32,000 nt of DNA from Candidatus Lokiarchaeum ossiferum (GTDB lineage: Archaea > Asgardarchaeota > Lokiarchaeia > Sigyniarchaeales > Promethearchaeaceae), in the NCBI GenBank assembly GCA_025839675.1, contig CP104013.1:2130001-2162000 (forward strand). The letters are read 5' to 3'. Below, one piece after another: positions 31,727-32,000 of this stretch; the first letter of the stretch is position 1, and every line of letters begins with the position of its first letter. Both the position numbers and the translations under genes were made by a program. The notes under the pieces were generated by a model, which was given only the letters and a program-made list of their open reading frames with translations, was not told where the DNA came from and searched no databases.

Positions 31727-32000
31727 ATGTCTAATAAACCAAACACCCTAGGAATTATCATTGCAAGCGTGTTAATCACCCTTGTAGTTACAGGAACCGG
31801 AATGTATTTCGGTTTACCTCTTCTTTTTCCAAATCTCACCGCCGACTTATCGGAATACGATCAATCGGAAGAAATTGAAAATATAACAACTAAAGGGATT
31901 CTCCTTCAAACCCAATATGCTGAATTTACTCAATATTTATCAATATATGATAGCGATTTAGTTCCCGAGATAATGACCGGTACAAATCTTACTATTACCA
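31727..32000 (+). CDS. 5' part of a membrane-anchored protein that runs off the right edge
   Basis: From ATG 31727 the sequence reads MSNKPNTLGIIIASVLITLVVTGTGMYFGLPLLFPNLTADLSEYDQSEEIENITTKG and stays open to position 32000. It has an N-terminal TM anchor followed by a polar region with N-x-T sequons. It is absent from the track because it is truncated. Confidence 0.45.
   Translation, partial: MSNKPNTLGIIIASVLITLVVTGTGMYFGLPLLFPNLTADLSEYDQSEEIENITTKGILLQTQYAEFTQYLSIYDSDLVPEIMTGTNLTIT

Noticed and set aside
1-32000. I looked for rRNA, tRNA, CRISPR arrays, integrases or transposases, and known defence-system hallmarks (nucleases, ATPases, reverse transcriptase, Argonaute, toxin-antitoxin pairs).
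   Set aside because: I saw no GC-rich structured segments standing out from the AT-rich background, no regularly spaced direct repeats, and no recognisable catalytic motifs of those families. A covariance-model or HMM scan would be needed to exclude small ncRNAs formally.

Overview
The window is AT-rich (about one-third GC by eye) and gene-dense, with about 31 protein-coding genes on both strands. I found no rRNA, tRNA, CRISPR array, transposase or integrase. Several signals point to an archaeon, plausibly Asgard/Lokiarchaeia-like, but this is inference, not proof. Those signals are an ADP-forming acyl-CoA synthetase alpha subunit, a stand-alone ATP-cone protein, TrmB/MarR-like winged-helix regulators, and TATA-like boxes 20-30 nt upstream of many ATGs. 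Oligo-T tracts after stop codons, Asn/Ile/Lys-rich proteins, and many WD40, TPR and zinc-ribbon proteins fit the same picture. Recognisable products include:
- a beta-helix membrane protein, a small HAD hydrolase and a hemolysin-III/PAQR protein;
- an ADP-forming acyl-CoA synthetase alpha subunit and an AMP-forming acyl-CoA ligase;
- a stand-alone HHxxxDG (condensation/PapA5/WS-DGAT-type) acyltransferase and an MFS transporter;
- an ATP-cone protein and a LarA-family racemase homolog;
- a LOR/scramblase-like protein, a TPR protein and a WD40 propeller;
- an M1 aminopeptidase and a CPBP intramembrane protease;
- an HTH_34-type regulator and two tandem double-GNAT acetyltransferases.

No known defence or mobile system is visible. 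There are three best candidates for something undescribed. (1) A regulated acyl-activation, acyl-transfer and export neighbourhood at about 4.2-15.2 kb. It has a single-chain double-wHTH regulator whose GTGAA-N-TTCAC palindromes lie where both divergent transcription starts are expected. It also holds an orphan 479-aa protein with a GNAT-like C-terminus between two kinds of acyl-CoA synthetase. (2) A neighbourhood at about 17.5-23.8 kb of membrane and scaffold proteins, two of which share a homologous C-terminal CxxCG-x17-CxxCGE zinc-ribbon tail. (3) A CPBP protease, membrane protein and wHTH operon preceded by a 17-bp-period tandem repeat abutting its TATA box. All functional calls rest on motifs read by eye. 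No database search was run.
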